Shown here piece by piece: positions 13,041-26,700 of a stretch of 64,000 bases of DNA (positions are counted from its first letter, which is position 1; every line of letters begins with the position of its first letter). This DNA is from Felis catus. Lineage: Eukaryota. The translations under genes and the position numbers were made by a program. The stretch spans positions 6,386,001-6,450,000 of the forward strand of contig NC_058368.1 of the NCBI RefSeq assembly GCF_018350175.1, written 5' to 3'. Below the pieces are notes generated by a model. The model did not search any database, was not told where the DNA came from, and worked only from the letters and a program-made list of their open reading frames with translations.

Positions 13041-16000
13041 TGCCGGCCCAGGAAATGTTAGCTAGCCTGCTTCTCCTTTTTTCCTTTCTAAATGTCCTTG
13101 TGTGATACAGTCCTGGTTCACATTTCAGCCCAGCAGAGAATTCAGAACACAAACCCTGACCCAAAAAGATGTTTTCAGTAAGAAACCTCACAGTGTTTAT
13201 GGGAGCGGGGATTTTGTTTTGTTGGGTGGTTGGTCTTGGAGGCCAGATGTTTTCAGCTCCTTTCTGCATGAATTTAATCTCCTTGCGTTCAAGTCGTCAG
13301 CAAAAGAGGAGCAGGGGCACCCTCTCTGAATCACGTACTGCCTCGAACAAGATGCAGGGCCACCATTGCCACCGCTCTGGCGAATCTCGTCAGTTTCCCT
13401 TGCAGATTTCTGCACACCTTCCCGCTTCTGTCTGTCTTTCCTTGACTGTTGCAGGAGTGTGGTAAATAGCGGATTGCTTTCTTGTGGGCAGGGTAGAGAC
13501 TATCTGGTTGCAAATTCTTGAGGTTGTGGTAAGGGAGGGCCGTGATGTATTGAAATCATATGATCTCGTTAGTTTAATAATATTGTCTTTTTAGTATCTC
13601 TGTTTTTTTTCTTTTCAGTATTTTTAGGTACAATAGCTCATTTACTTGCCTTCAGAAGGATTTTAATATTGCTGGCCTCTTTGTTAATAGATTTAAGGGC
13701 CATTTGTTTTAAGCATCGAAACTGATGAAAATAGTATTTAATGTCTTTGCACTTGTGACACATGAAAATTGATACCACTATACGTCTTTGGTACCTGGAT
13801 TATATAGTAGTTATTTTAGTAAATTTCCATGGCGTTTCCTTTATTTCTGCAGTTGTGAAGGGAGAAAGTAAAACTGGATATGAAACTGGCTGAAGTGCGT
13901 TGTGGTCTCATGTCTGCGGCCTGCCCCTGAATAGGTTGTTGTCACTTTCATTCTCTCTGTCCACTTTATACGTGGAGTCAGCCACGTAACCGTGACCCCT
14001 GTGCCAAAAGGCTCCATGGACTTGAGGTCTGCCTTTGGGAGAAGTGGGCTTTTCTCGACTTGGAGAGAAGAGTGATGTCAGCTCTTCGGGATTATGGTGG
14101 GTGGTGGAGAGAACAGAACAGAATCTGGATCTTGGCATCTTCGTAGCCTTCGGGGTTGACAGATTCCGCTGGCATTTCATGCAGAATTCAAACCTAACAG
14201 AAAACTACACAAGTGAAAGAGCTTTTGTTAAGTAAAAAAAAACCCCGAGGATTTCAAACATCAGAATACCTACTGTTGGGAATATCCACATTTCCGTGCC
14301 TTTTCTCTCGGTGTGTAGATTGGCCATCATCTTCACTTGCAGAAATCAAGCAAGGGCTGGGTGGGACACAGCCAGTGCGTTGGCCACTTGCCACGGGCAT
14401 CCGCTTTGTCATTTCTAGACAGGTGGGTGTCAGCTACAGTAACTTGAGAATGAGAAAGCGGCACGTCCTCTGCCTTCACAAAAGCCACGGTATCTGCATT
14501 TCCCCTGTGCCATAGCGGCCTAAGTAACCCTGCCCGATTGTGGCGGGGATGCTTCCGCCTCCCTGTTGGAGGACAAGGCCCCGCCAAGTGCGTGACAAGT
14601 GCATTTAGCTTCCTGTAGGAGGTGGTTAGCAGCCACCACTTATGAAGCGTCTCTGCCTCCTTGCTGTATTCTTTGACAGAATGGCTCATCCTCCCCTCGT
14701 GCTTCCAGAGGGGGGGAGGGCACTGTTGGCCTTCTTACACATGGGGAGACTGAGGCCCGGAGAGTCACAACTTCCCCAGAGTCCACAGCTTCGGGTGGTG
14801 GATCCAGGCATGGAGCGCCCGTCTCCGATGGCCACATCTCTGTTCTTTCCCCTTTGTCGTGCAGCCGCTGGTCCTCAGCGCGTGTTTTCTCCAAGATCAC
14901 ATTGGATGCCACTAGTTACATGATTACTACTTAATTACTAGGAGGCAATTTAATGCTAGAAATATTTTCAGTGGCGATGAGTTACTTTCTAGGTGACTGA
15001 AATTTTCTATTCATTTCTGGGTGGTGATAATTCCCCCCCGCCTTGTGTTTGCCTTCTGTCACAAGCTGTGGTATTCTTGTAGTCTGGTCTCGTGGTGAGC
15101 CATTCAGCCATTCCCCGGTTACTTTAGATACGGTGTCCATTAGGGTGACCAGAGGCTCAAGGGAATTGAGCGTAGACGTGCCATAAAATGTTACTGCTGT
15201 GTTTGTCCGTCTTCTGTGGACACACAGGGTCCCCCGTGGGTAGAAGTTTATGGACCCATTTGTTATATCGGCTGGTACTATAATTTATCCTGGGGGGGGG
15301 GGTGGGAACGGGGGAAATGACTGAAGGTACTTGTTGAATGGCACGTGAAATCTTTGCGTCAGGTTTAGTGTTACATAGCTAGCTTTGAAATATATTTGGA
15401 TTTGGGGATATGTAAAGATTGTCATGGGAATGAAGAAAAAAAAAAGCCTCTGCAATGCAGCACTTACATCTGCTGTTTCCATCTGATAATGCACAGATTT
15501 CCCAAGTACTTTGGTGCGGTTAGGTAAGAATTCTCTTTGTCCAAATTGAAGAGTCAGCATAGTTAATGAAGCCGAATGGTAATCCTGATTTGGTTATGAT
15601 CTGTTTGGTTTCCAGCAGGATGTTGATTGCTGACGGGGCTGCCCTAATGTTTAGGATGAGTTTGAAGAGGAAGGATAGAAGGTCATGGGGAGTGAAGAGT
15701 CACTGCCGCGGGTACCCGTGTTACTTTCGTCTTTCTCTCCAAATAGCTGTGGACATGCCGAATCCAGGTGCAAACTAAAGATAAAAATAAGGCAATATCC
15801 CTCTCCTGACCGCTCATACATAGGAGGCTCAGCCGGTCCCTGTGTAGGGGCCTGGACGGTATCTGTGGCAGTGGGTTTGCTGTGGTTGACAGGATGGGTT
15901 CGAAAGTCAGGGTCAAGAGAACCCAGGTGGGGCTGGAACTCAGGAATCCTGGCGTGAACAGAAAGCAGGTGAATATGGGAATCAAGGCAGGTCACATCAA

Positions 16001-16807
16001 GGAGATAAAAAACTCAGACAGGCAGCCGGTGAATCAGGACCTCAGGAGCTTATGAAACTGAGCAGTCAGTCGGAAACCAGGGCAGTTTATAGTTACAGGA
16101 GAGCAGAAGAGACTCAAACCTGTTAAAGAGGAGAGCAACTTTAATCACTGTTAAGAAAGCCTCTTTTTTTATTTATTTATGATGGCCTGGGAACGGCTTC
16201 CGGGATTTTCTAATCTAGTTGCAAGTGATGCCATAGTTGGGAAGTAGGAGAAGAGAGACTTTGTCTACTCGATGATTCTTTGATAGGTGGTGCGATAAAA
16301 AATAGTTCAGTGTCTGCCCTTTATGTACATGATTCTAGACACTAAGAAATATAAGATTCTCGAGGGGGTTCTAATGGAGTTGAGAAGACAACAGGTGGAT
16401 CCCAAGGTCAACCACAATGGGAAGTAGATGTGTTGGGGAACACCTGGGTAGTACTCTCCTTGAGCTTTGTTGGAGTTGGGGGGACGGGGTGACCTGGCAG
16501 GGCTGGGGCGGGGGAGGGTCCAGGAAGCCTGGTGAAGGTAACAGAGTGCGTCCTTGCAGGAGCTGAGTTTGGAATACAAAGTGGGATTAAGGGTGAGGAG
16601 GATGGGGGTGAGCGGCCCTCCCGCCTTCATGTGCTGTGTCAGTTTTTGAACTGGTTCCCTAATTTGTAAAATGGAAGTAATTCCTACCTTTCCCGTTTGG
16701 GTGAGGGTTATTGTGGAGATTATGTATATGACGTGATTCATGTGAAAGCACTTTGTAAATGGCATCGTGGGTTCAAATGTAAGTTGTTATTAATAATTGC
16801 CGTTTGT

Positions 16808-17015
16808 GGGGTGCCTGGGTGGCTCAGTCGGTTAAGCGTCCCAACTCTTGATTTTGGCTCAGGTCACCATCTCACAGTTCGTGAAATTGAGCCCCGTGTG
16901 TTGCTGACAGCACGGGGGCCTGCTGGGGATTCTCTCTCTCTTCTCTCTCTGCCTCTTCCCTGCTCGCACGTGCTCTCTGTCTCTCTCAAAATAAATAAAT
17001 AAACGTTAAAAAAAA
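16808..17015 (+). mobile_element. CAN-SINE inserted at the end of a MIR
   Basis: TSD aataattgcc(g/a)tttgt. Confidence 0.92.
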
Positions 17016-18567
17016 ATAATTGCCATTTGTAGTTGGAGAGCCTGTTGGAACACGGCTGGGCTTTGTTTCAATTCATTTATCACATGTAAATGACATTGGA
17101 TTCTTCAATCAAAGGTGTTTCATGAAGGTCATGATTCAATGTGAAGGGAAAGGAACTGTTTTTAAGCAAGGTTAGTTTATGTCTGAGATTTCATGTTAAG
17201 CTTATAAATGCATAATTAATATTGAAAATTAATGTTTAATGTGCATCTGAAGTGTTATACGTTTTTGGTTAATAAAAAGAGGAGATATATTTCAAGAGTA
17301 AGTTACTGAGCTGTGAAAAAATAGAAGTCCATTTAGTAGCAAAATTACATGATGCTTCTCATTCTACATTCTGAAACAGACTATTTTTAGCATCTCTTTG
17401 AATCAGTGATGAATTCCAATTACAGGATTCAGTAATTAAAGCAGAGAAAAATATATAACATCGTTTAGGCAAGAAAATCTTTCACTTGAATTGGATCTGT
17501 TTCAAGTTTTAAGCCATTATGTTCAGGGGCCTCCCCGGAATCATTGATTTGTCATCTTTGTGGGGTCACAAGCAACAGGAAAAGTGCCAGAACATCAGCC
17601 AAGGACAAAGTGTCCCACTTTTAAGAAAAGGAGTTTAAAAAATTCTGCGATTCTGGGATGTCTTAGCGGGTGCGTGTGTTGTGTCTCTGTTGTCTGCAGA
17701 ATTCCGGAAGAAAACTTCAGGGACCCCTCGGCCTCGCCCTGTTTTCCCACCCTCCTGTGGTCAGCCCACTCCCCGACCAGGACCTCTGTCCCTCTGTCCC
17801 CTGCATCTGTCCTGCCTGCTCCTTTCCTCCTTCCAATCTCTGGCTGCTTCTGAGTGTCTCGAAAGAAGACGGCATGATGGTACCACTCCACATTTGTATT
17901 TAATGGTTGTAGATTGTCCCATAATGTTGCCAAACAGCTTTTAAAAAGCTTGCTCCTAGTCAGCAGTCTTTCCTCAAGCCGGAAGCCTTATTTTATCTCC
18001 AGCCAGTTATTGTTTATCTTTTTATGCCCCTTGCACAAAAGCTCATTAACCATTTGGCTGAATTGAAACGCGTGTTCTGTTGACCCCAATTCTCCTCTTT
18101 GCTTGGGTAAAGCCCAGCACTTAAGGTGGTGACCCACGGGGACAACACAGGGTCACTAGACACAAGCAAGTCCAACTTTCCCGGTCAAAGTAGGTCAGGA
18201 AGAGGCATCGTGATTTTTTTTTTTTTTTTAACCTAGGCATTCAAGAAAATTCACTTATTTGGCAAATGATTTTTGAGTGTGGGCCGTGTGCCAGGCACTG
18301 AGCTAGGTCCTAAGAATTTTAAAATGAAAATGAAAAAATGTTCATAGTGAAGAGTTCAGTTAGGGGTCAAAAGTGTTGGGGCTCACAGGTGGCTGTCTGG
18401 GGCCAGACCTCTCTGCCATGAGCATTAAAAACATGACAAATAGAAAATAAAAAAAACTTAACATTTGCATTAGGCAGAAATGTCCTACAACTCGATAATC
18501 CGTTTTTCCCCTTTGAAATCGGATGCTGTTTATTGTGAATTTCTGAACATTTCAACCTCGAAATTCT

Positions 18568-18790
18568 TTTTTTTTTTTTTTAAACTCCTGTTTTTTAATG
18601 CTTTTTTATTTTTGAGAGAGTGAGAGACCAGGGGAGGAGCAGAAGGAGGGGGAGACACAGAATCCGAAGCAGGCTCCAGGCTCCGAGCTGTCAGCACAGA
18701 GCCCCGACGTGGGGCTCGAGCTCACAGACGGTGAGATCATGACCTGAGCCGAAGTCGGACGCCCAACTGCCTGGGCCACCCGGGCGCCCC
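18568..18790 (-). mobile_element. CAN-SINE
   Basis: Full antisense copy, T tail, TSD-like aaattcttt. Confidence 0.92.
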
Positions 18791-19534
18791 TGAATCTCTA
18801 AATTCTTTGATCTCCTGGCGGCTCGGTGCATTCTGTTGTGATAATTGTAGTTCAGGAAGTTTAAGCCCAAATAACCTGCCTGGAGTCTTGGAGCGTGTGA
18901 GTGGGGAAGTCGGTTGGAGTCAATTCCGGCTTGAGAGCCCCCCCTGCACCCTGGCATCCTGCATGGCGCCTCTGGTTGGTGGGGGTGGAGAAGGGAGAAG
19001 GGGACGCTACCGGGAAGCTGAACGATGCTTTGCAGGGGGCCCTGAGTCGGCCCAGTAGGAGAGCCAGTAACCGTGGAGAGGCAGGTGTAAAGAAAGGCAG
19101 GGGTGGATGGGTCGGGGCCCCATCGCAACTTGAGAGACGTGGAGGAGGCCACCCTGCCAAAGGGCTGCCTGGGAATCGAGCTCCGGAGGGGTGGGCCAGT
19201 CCTGAGCAGGAGTGTGCCCGGCGTGGCGGCGGCGTCCGGAAGAGAAAACCGGTGGAGCAGACTGGCAGGCTGGCCGCCTTAAGGGGAGGGGTGTGCTGCC
19301 TCTCTCGGGCGGCATCTGGTGTGTGGTGTTCTGGGCACTGCACCTCCCGGAGCACTGGCCAGAGAGCCCCTGGGAGAGGCTGGAGGGACTGGAGCAGTTA
19401 ACTGTCCCCTCCGATGCTTGAAAGCTGGCAGAGCTGCGGGTGTGGTAGCCTCTGCCTGGGCTCGGCGGGCGGAGCAGAGCATTGGTTCTCGGTTAGGAAG
19501 ATGCAAGCTTCAACCGAATAGAAAGAAAGGCTCG

Positions 19535-19765
19535 GGGGCGCCTGGCTGGCTCAGTCCGTTGAGCGCCCGGCTTCGGCTCAGGTCACGATCTCGCAGCTCG
19601 TGAGTTTGAGCCCCGCGTGGGGCCCTGTGCTCACAGCTCGAAGCCCGGAGCCTCCTTCGGATTCTACGTCTCCCTCTCCCTCTGCCCCTCCCCTGCTTGT
19701 GCTGTGTCTCTCTGTCTGTCTCTCAAAAATAAATAAGTGTAAAAAAAAAAAAAAAAAAAAAAGAA
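19535..19765 (+). mobile_element. CAN-SINE
   Basis: TSD aaagaaag(g/c)ctc; long A tail. Confidence 0.92.
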
Positions 19766-21035
19766 AGCCTCATGTCAAGTAGTGTTTCTTAACGCGTGGG
19801 GTTACGAAGTCATGGCTTCCCTCTCCCTGAGCAGTGTTCTGGTAGATGCGTTCGCATGGTGGCGGGGGGGGGGGGGGGTTGGTGCTCTGGACCCCTTCTA
19901 ACGCTTGCCTGGGAGTTTCCTGTAGCTTCCCTGGAGACGGGCAGGCAGATGCATACTTTTTATTTCGAGAGGAAGCTCTGGATCTGCTGCTCAGGATCCT
20001 GACTTCCTCATGATGTCCTGACGCTCCAGCGATGATACGGCATTTATCTTTATATTCCCTTTGCATAGTCTGTGCATCTCAGAAGACAGTAATCAGTCTC
20101 GTGGTGTCACTTTGAGCCCCAGGCGGATTTGAAGGCTTTTGTCTATCGCAGCTGGCACTAGCCTTCTCTTCTCTCATAGCGTGTCACCCGTGTCTCTCTT
20201 GCCACTTGGCGCTTTTGAACTTGCGGTGTGGTGTCTTGCCGTGTACAGCCTCACCTTCATCTGACTCATGGCTGTGTTTCTCATGCACAGTAGGGAGAGA
20301 GTAAATGTTTGGATGGATCGATGAGTGGTTGATGTGACCCCGATCTGTATCGGGGCTATTCGGTTCCTTGACCATCGTTAGCCCAGAGGTGTGGGCCCGC
20401 TGTGGATCTCTGCAGAAGTCACGCTATATCAGGAATTGATCACTCCTCGTGGTTTCCTGGGTAGTTACGCTGTTCGTTAAGTGAAGGGGAAGAAGATGCT
20501 GTCTTATGACCCTCGTATTTAGGTCCGGGGTAAGTCCTTTCTCAATGAACAGATTACTCAAAACCGGGCGAAGTTTTCATCTGCGCTCATCGTTAACGTG
20601 GTTTTGTTAATTAACGAATGAAAGTGAACCTGGCAGAGAGTGTGAGACGCGTAGGGGTTCAGTGGATGGCAGTCGGCTGCGGTTACTTTTGTTCTACTCA
20701 TAGCAATATCTCTCGTGCGGCTTGTTTCACATTTTTTGTGTTTATTTGCTCTTCCCCGCCCCCCCCCCCCCATTCAAGCTTTCCGGAGGCCAAGACCTTG
20801 TCTTGTTACTTAACGTTTTCGCTCTCCCGTCTGCAAAAGAGCCCACTAATACTTTGAATTGAATTGTGGGGCCAGCCAAGCGTGTCCCTGTTGGCTCTGA
20901 TTTCAAAGACGGAGGACTGTTGTGGCGCTGGGACTTGGGGCACAGGTATCCAACCCGAGGGGCCAACGAGGGGAAGCACAAGACTTCTGTGTTAACCGTG
21001 TTGTTACACACACGATTCTAGCTAAAAACACTCAT

Positions 21036-21285
21036 TTTTAATTTTTTTTTTTTTTTTTTTTTTATTAATTTTTTTTTTTTTTTAACGTTTATTTATTTTT
21101 GAGACAGAGAGAGATAGAGCATGAACGGGCGAGGGGCAGAGAGAGAGGGAGACACAGAATCGGAAACAGGCTCCAGGCTCTGAGCCATCCGCCCAGAGCC
21201 CGACGCGGGGCTCGAACTCACGGAGCGTGAGATCGTGACCTGGTTGAAGTCGGACGCTCAACCGACTGCGCCACCCAGGCGCCCC
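21036..21285 (-). mobile_element. Young SINEC_Fc
   Basis: TSD taaaaacactcat; long T tail; CpGs intact. Confidence 0.95.
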
Positions 21286-22444
21286 TAAAAACACTCATAA
21301 TAGACATTCTGATGAGATCTGTTTCTCTGAAGCTAACAGAGGCTACCGGTTCTCAGGTGCCCAACAGTCTTGTAAATAGAACTTTGTATGTGAGTGGTTG
21401 TGAACATGGATGACGTGATCTCATGGAGAGGGAGGAACGTCGAACTGGAGTCTGGTTAATAAGGTAGCACGGGGAAATGCGGCAGGGAAACAGCTATCTG
21501 GAACACGCGTGGGCATTGTATACCCGCCAGCTTCTCATTTCTGGAAAACTGGAATTCGGAAGCTTAAGAGGGATGGCAAGGACCAAAATAGTAAACAAAT
21601 CCTAGTACAATCAGATTAGGATAATATTGGCGGATTAACGTTGGTCATTTGGACACAACCTGTTCTCAGGTTTCTGAACAGTATCTGTTTTCGTGTCGCC
21701 GAGTTATTTATCTCATATTGACTTGGATGTTGTGGATAGCTGCGATGAAAGGGCACGTTCCTAGGGACAGCTTTATTATCATTGACCTTTTAAAATGCTC
21801 CGTGGGACACAATGAGGTGTTTCGTGAGATAAATTCAATCCTTTCCCCCAGCAGAGTATAGAGGAATGTAAACTGAATGTCAGCTGAACTGCGTAGGAGG
21901 TGAGCGGACTGTAATATATTTGTAATGACCTGAACTCATCATAAAGCTGTTTGGTCCTCTCCTCCTCCCCACTTCCTTCTGTTTTTAGAAAAGGACACAT
22001 TTTACGAGACAGTTATTTATCCTGGCTTGATTATCCTGGGTCTGGGATTATTCCCCAAGTTATGACTTGCTGTAATTTCATGATACCCTTTTTCTTTCTT
22101 CTTTTTTCTCTTCTTGTTTTTTTATACTGAAGAGCATAAGGAATTTTAATTTAGCAGTATTTCAAGAATTAGGCTGAGGTTTGGAGACAGCATGAGTGCA
22201 TTTTGATATCACCATACTGAAAGCAGTATTTGAAGCCTGAAGGAGCAAGGGTAGGTACCTCTTTGATGGGATTTTAAAGGGAGGAGTCCTTCAAGGTCAC
22301 CCTGTTCCTCTTTTCATTTGCTTGTTCGTTCACCTGTTCAACAGATATCTGAGTGTCTGTATGTCTTTCTCTTGGTATTCCTTTCCCCAGATACTGATGG
22401 TAACCCCTCAACTCAGTATCTCAAGCCTGAAGTGTTAAGAGCTG

Positions 22445-22652
22445 CACTGTTGAAGCCGTTAGCTGCTAGCCACGTGTTGCTGTTTAAGTTTGGTTAAAAT
22501 GAAATAAAATGACAAACTCAGATTCTCAGCCACACTCACCACATTTCAGGTGCCCCATCAAGTGCTCTATGTGTGGCTGGAGGCTGCCATATTGGATGGT
22601 GTTCATCTACAGGACATTTCCGTCATCGCGGGGGGTTAAGCTGGACCGTGCT
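22445..22652. mobile_element. MER3-like hAT-Charlie MITE
   Basis: gctagccacgtgttgctgtttaag...ccacatttcaggtgc...tgtggctggaggctgccatattgga...acatttccgtcatcgc. Confidence 0.7.
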
Positions 22653-24515
22653 GTCTTCGCAGCCCTCAACTCTGCCTTCCGAGAGACATCCCAGCATCCC
22701 TTCTGCTTCGTTGCCTGATGCCTATGTTTGTCAAGTTCGTTCCCTTTAAAAAATTCTCCCATCTTATTACTTCAGGTCCGCATCATCTGTCATCTGGACT
22801 AAGGCACCTGTGTTACCAGGGCTGCGATGTCTTCCTGCCACTCCCTGCCTTGCGCTTTCTTAATACCATGTGTGTATGTTGATCGCATGGAATGCCAATT
22901 CCTTTTTTGTGCAGTTTTCTTCTGGTGGACCAAGAGGTTCTTGGGGTTGCGGGATTGGGCTTTGATCTTCCCGGGGTGGGGACACACAGTGCCTAACACG
23001 TTACTACAATAGATAACTGTTGATTGAGCAGCTAGAGGGCTGAATGGATTGGTGAAGGAGGCTGTTGCATTCTGAAGGCTAGGCACAGTTGGGCTGCACG
23101 GAGGATAGAAAAGGGCGATCATACTGAGGGGCCATCATGGACGCAGGCCCATTGGGCAGAAATTAAAGCACAACTGTGCTCCTAGACTGTCGCCACGGAG
23201 AGGCAAGCATTTTCAGCACCACTTAGAGCTTAACCATGGGACATAAATAGAATTTGAATTCTGGTGTTGCATATAAATGTGTTTCCCTGCGCTTGCTAAT
23301 ACGACACCTCTAAGTAGAGGTGCTGGCTTTCACGCTTAATAACCTTAAGCGGTAGCTTCCGAGGAGTTGAAGATAGGCTCTCCTGTAAAATTAAGCAGCA
23401 CACTCACAAAGCCCAGTTGATTCTTCAAGACTTTTACGCTTCCTGACTTAGGTTAGACATGGTAGCTGCAGAAGAAGAAAGAAAACTGCATGTGTACGTG
23501 TTCAAAAGGAGGCTGTCCCCTACTGCAGTTCGAAAGAGTGACTGCAGCCAGACAGGCCTGTCCTGAGCCCGCTGCTTCCAAGCTGGGTCATCCTGGGCAC
23601 ATCGCCTTCTGGTCCTCGGTTTCCTCATTTTTTGATGGAGATAGATGTTACCCGCCTTGTGAGGATAAGTTAAAATACCATGGGACACGTGCGCGCTGTG
23701 CTGAATCCTGAGTAAACCATTCACCAAGTGATAGCTAATAACAGATTAATAGTTACGTAGCATTTCACGCAAATGGGAAAATTCATGGTTGTGTTTCCCA
23801 AAGGAAGAATTCACACGTGATTGCGCTCATGCAGGAAACATGCATATGGGACACTTTCCTTCCCACTTAGCTAGGTAGGACCATCTCTACAGTGAAGTGC
23901 ATGGTTACTTTGAGAATCATGCAAGTAGGATGATCTGGCAGAGGTAAAGTTTGGCCAGGATACTCCGAAACCCAGGGGTAATTCTCCGCGTTTGGAAATA
24001 AGGTGATCGCCAGTGGAAACTGCTTGGGAAAAACTCACTTTTCTCTTTCATTCTGCATAATCAAGAGCATGCCGTACAGCTGCTCCTAAGGAAGGAGAAG
24101 AAAATCATGTGCTGCTTTTAATTTTAAGTAAGCAAACCAGTGGGACGTGTCTAAATGAGAGTATCATTGAACGATCTATTTTCCCCACTTTCAAAGCAGT
24201 GGTGACAGTCTCATCTGGGAAGACTCCGCTGGCCGACAGATCATTCGTGCACATCCAGACAATCCTCTTTAGTGGATTTCAAGTTGCTTTCCTCCCACTC
24301 AGACATTGCACACTGCTCCTTCCCTGTGCCTACATGACCTTTGCCTGGCCTCACTCCTCCTGAGGACTCTTTGTCCTCGGAGAAGCTGTTCGATGATATG
24401 CTCCACTCCCTTCTGGACTCGCTCTTGCTTTCATGTGACTATCTTATTGTAGCATAATTATCGGTATGTATTGGCCTCTGTGAGTTCTTTGACGAGCATT
24501 TCTGTATCTGCAGTA

Positions 24516-24740
24516 TTTTTAAATTTTTTTTTTCAACATTTGTTTGCTTATTTTTGAGGGACAGAGAGAGACAGAGCATGAGCAGGGGAGGGGCAGAGAG
24601 GGAGACCCAGAATCCGAAGCAGGCTCCAGGCTCCAAGCTGTTGGCACAGAGCCCGACATGGGGCTCGAACTCACAAACCGCGAGATCATGACCCGAGCCG
24701 AAGTCGGACGCTCAATCCGACTGAGCCACCCAGGCACCCC
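24516..24740 (-). mobile_element. CAN-SINE
   Basis: TSD tgtatctgcagt. Confidence 0.92.
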
Positions 24741-25547
24741 TGTATCTGCAGTGTTTAAAGGGACACTTCCTCATACAAAATGCTTCCTAAAGTTTTGCTG
24801 AATGAATCAATAATGATATTCACTAACTTTTTCTTCTGTGTGTTGTTCCTAAGTAAACTGTAACTCTTGTTTGGGTGGGAAACTATACCATACATACTTA
24901 CTGCTACCTCCTGGCTCTAGCACATTGATAATAAACAATATTAGACTGTTCTGTAGTCTTACGGCTCTGAATATCTATTATCCTGGAAACACTTTCTAGA
25001 CTCGATTGAGCAAGTATTAAATTTGTGTTGTTACCATTTTATTCCCATACATTCTAATAAAGTATTTATAGGTGACCACCAGGATTTCTATTGAATTTAA
25101 ATATTTTTGTGTGAAAAATTAATACAAGTGCTTTTATATGAGAGAGTTCTTGTGTGAATCATCCATGTTCAGTTCATTGTAGGCATTAACAAAACCTTAA
25201 ATGTATGTGCGCAGAGCCTATGAACCGAGCAGTTCGGTTGAATAGACTTGTAATATACTTGGCTTTTTGTTTTTCTGCCCTGTAGCTATTCACTGTGATT
25301 TCTTGAAGTTAATTTCAGAGTTTATTCCAGGATAGGGAGTTGGAATTATTCAGGAACTCACATACCTTATTAGCTCCTTGCTTAAACTCATTAAAAAAAA
25401 AACAACAAAAAAAACCAAAACCTAGTTCTGGGAGTAGCACTCCCTTGATGAAATTGTTGACATGTGAAATTGAAATTTAAAACTTTTTCGAAGACTTGAA
25501 TGCATTTTACTTACTGTTATTTAATTTTTTTTTTTTTTTTTTTTTAG

Positions 25548-25625
25548 TTTTAATTCTGATTGCTGTACCATTGATATCTGAGCCAAAGTGGTGATGCGAC
25601 TACCTGAGGGACATTTCTGCAACCC
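25548..25625 (+). other. WASF3: Probable WASF3 non-coding 5'-UTR exon (exon 2-like)
   Basis: Branch-like tttaat, a 21-T tract (25525-25545) and AG (25546-25547); donor CCC|GTAAGT at 25625/25626, alternative ACG|GTAAGA at 25644/25645. Non-repetitive and resembles the human WASF3 5'-UTR exon as I recall it. About 28 kb upstream of the first coding exon, similar to the human intron size as recalled. Confidence 0.72.
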
Positions 25626-25669
25626 GTAAGTCAACACTTATACGGTAAGAATATGTGCCTCTTACACTT

Positions 25670-25791
25670 AAAGCCATTTAATTTCTGTAACATTATAGGT
25701 TAGAATTTTAATTTCAAATAGAATAGTATAAAAGCCATTTAATTTCTGTACCATTATAGTTTAGAATTTTAATTTCAAATAGAATAGTATA
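25670..25791 (+). repeat. 61-bp tandem duplication (2 copies, 2 mismatches)
   Basis: aaagccatttaatttctgta(a/c)cattatag(g/t)ttagaattttaatttcaaatagaatagtata x2. Confidence 0.97.
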
Positions 25792-26470
25792 AAATAGTCT
25801 ACGATTTTAACATATTAAGTATTAATGTATATTAACATAAAAATTAACAGCAGATAATATTTTGGCGCTTTAGATCCTAATCAACAGTTGGATTTGAAAG
25901 AGAAAAATATAACTTGATCTATCAATTTCATATTAATTTTTGCGTGAAAAACACACTGCTATATAGTTTATGACTAAACTGGGGTCTCGTTTTCCTCCCT
26001 ACATGTTTTGCCCCTTTACTTTTTATTTCCCAGGGTTTAACCAGTTCTTTATTATCTGAATCTTGTTAATAATGAATGGATATGAGATGTCAAGATAATC
26101 AAACCGAAACCTAGTTGGAATTTACCACAACTTACTTTGAACTAAAGTGGTGTTGATTCTAACGGTGGCTAAAATGAGGTTTTGAATTATTTAGGGATTT
26201 AAATGATCTGTATTCCTCTATCTTCAAGGGATAATTCAAGAGGAATGAGACACGGCCAACCAGGAAGGAGAGTTATTCCTTTGAGCTGCATTTTCCTTGT
26301 ACTGAGTGTCTGTAATTTGTTTTATAGAGTTGTAAAAAGCAAATGAGATGATCTATGTGAAACTGTCCTTTTCTTCCTTTTTTTTTTTGGAAGGGTAGGG
26401 GGAGAATAACAAAAAGTCTTGATTTTGACGTGGGATTTAGAGAGAACACACTGCTCTTCTATCCTCTAAG

Positions 26471-26546
26471 TTTTTTTAATGTTTATTTTTGAGAGAGAGA
26501 GAGAGAGACAGTGCGAGTGGGGGAGGGGCAGAGAGAGAGCGAGGGA

Positions 26547-26594
<48 letters not shown>

Positions 26595-26700
26595 GAATCT
26601 GAAGCAGGCTCCAGGCTCTGAGCTGTCAGCACAGAGCCCAACACGGGGCTTGAACTCATGAACTGCAAGATCATGACTTGAGCCAAAGTAGGATGCTTAA
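26471..26700 (-). mobile_element. CAN-SINE with (CA)n, head truncated
   Basis: Antisense body ending at gagccaaagtaggatgcttaa. Confidence 0.88.

Noticed and set aside
15780..16130. Possible ancient Gypsy-like LTR or enhancer (cagg-rich)
   Set aside because: No termini, TSD or diagnostic motif that I can assign with confidence.
25221..25246. Small hairpin aaccga-gcagt-tcggtt
   Set aside because: A 6-bp stem is expected by chance; no ncRNA features.
25670..25791. CRISPR-like or other prokaryotic repeat array
   Set aside because: Eukaryotic intron; two adjacent copies with no spacer.
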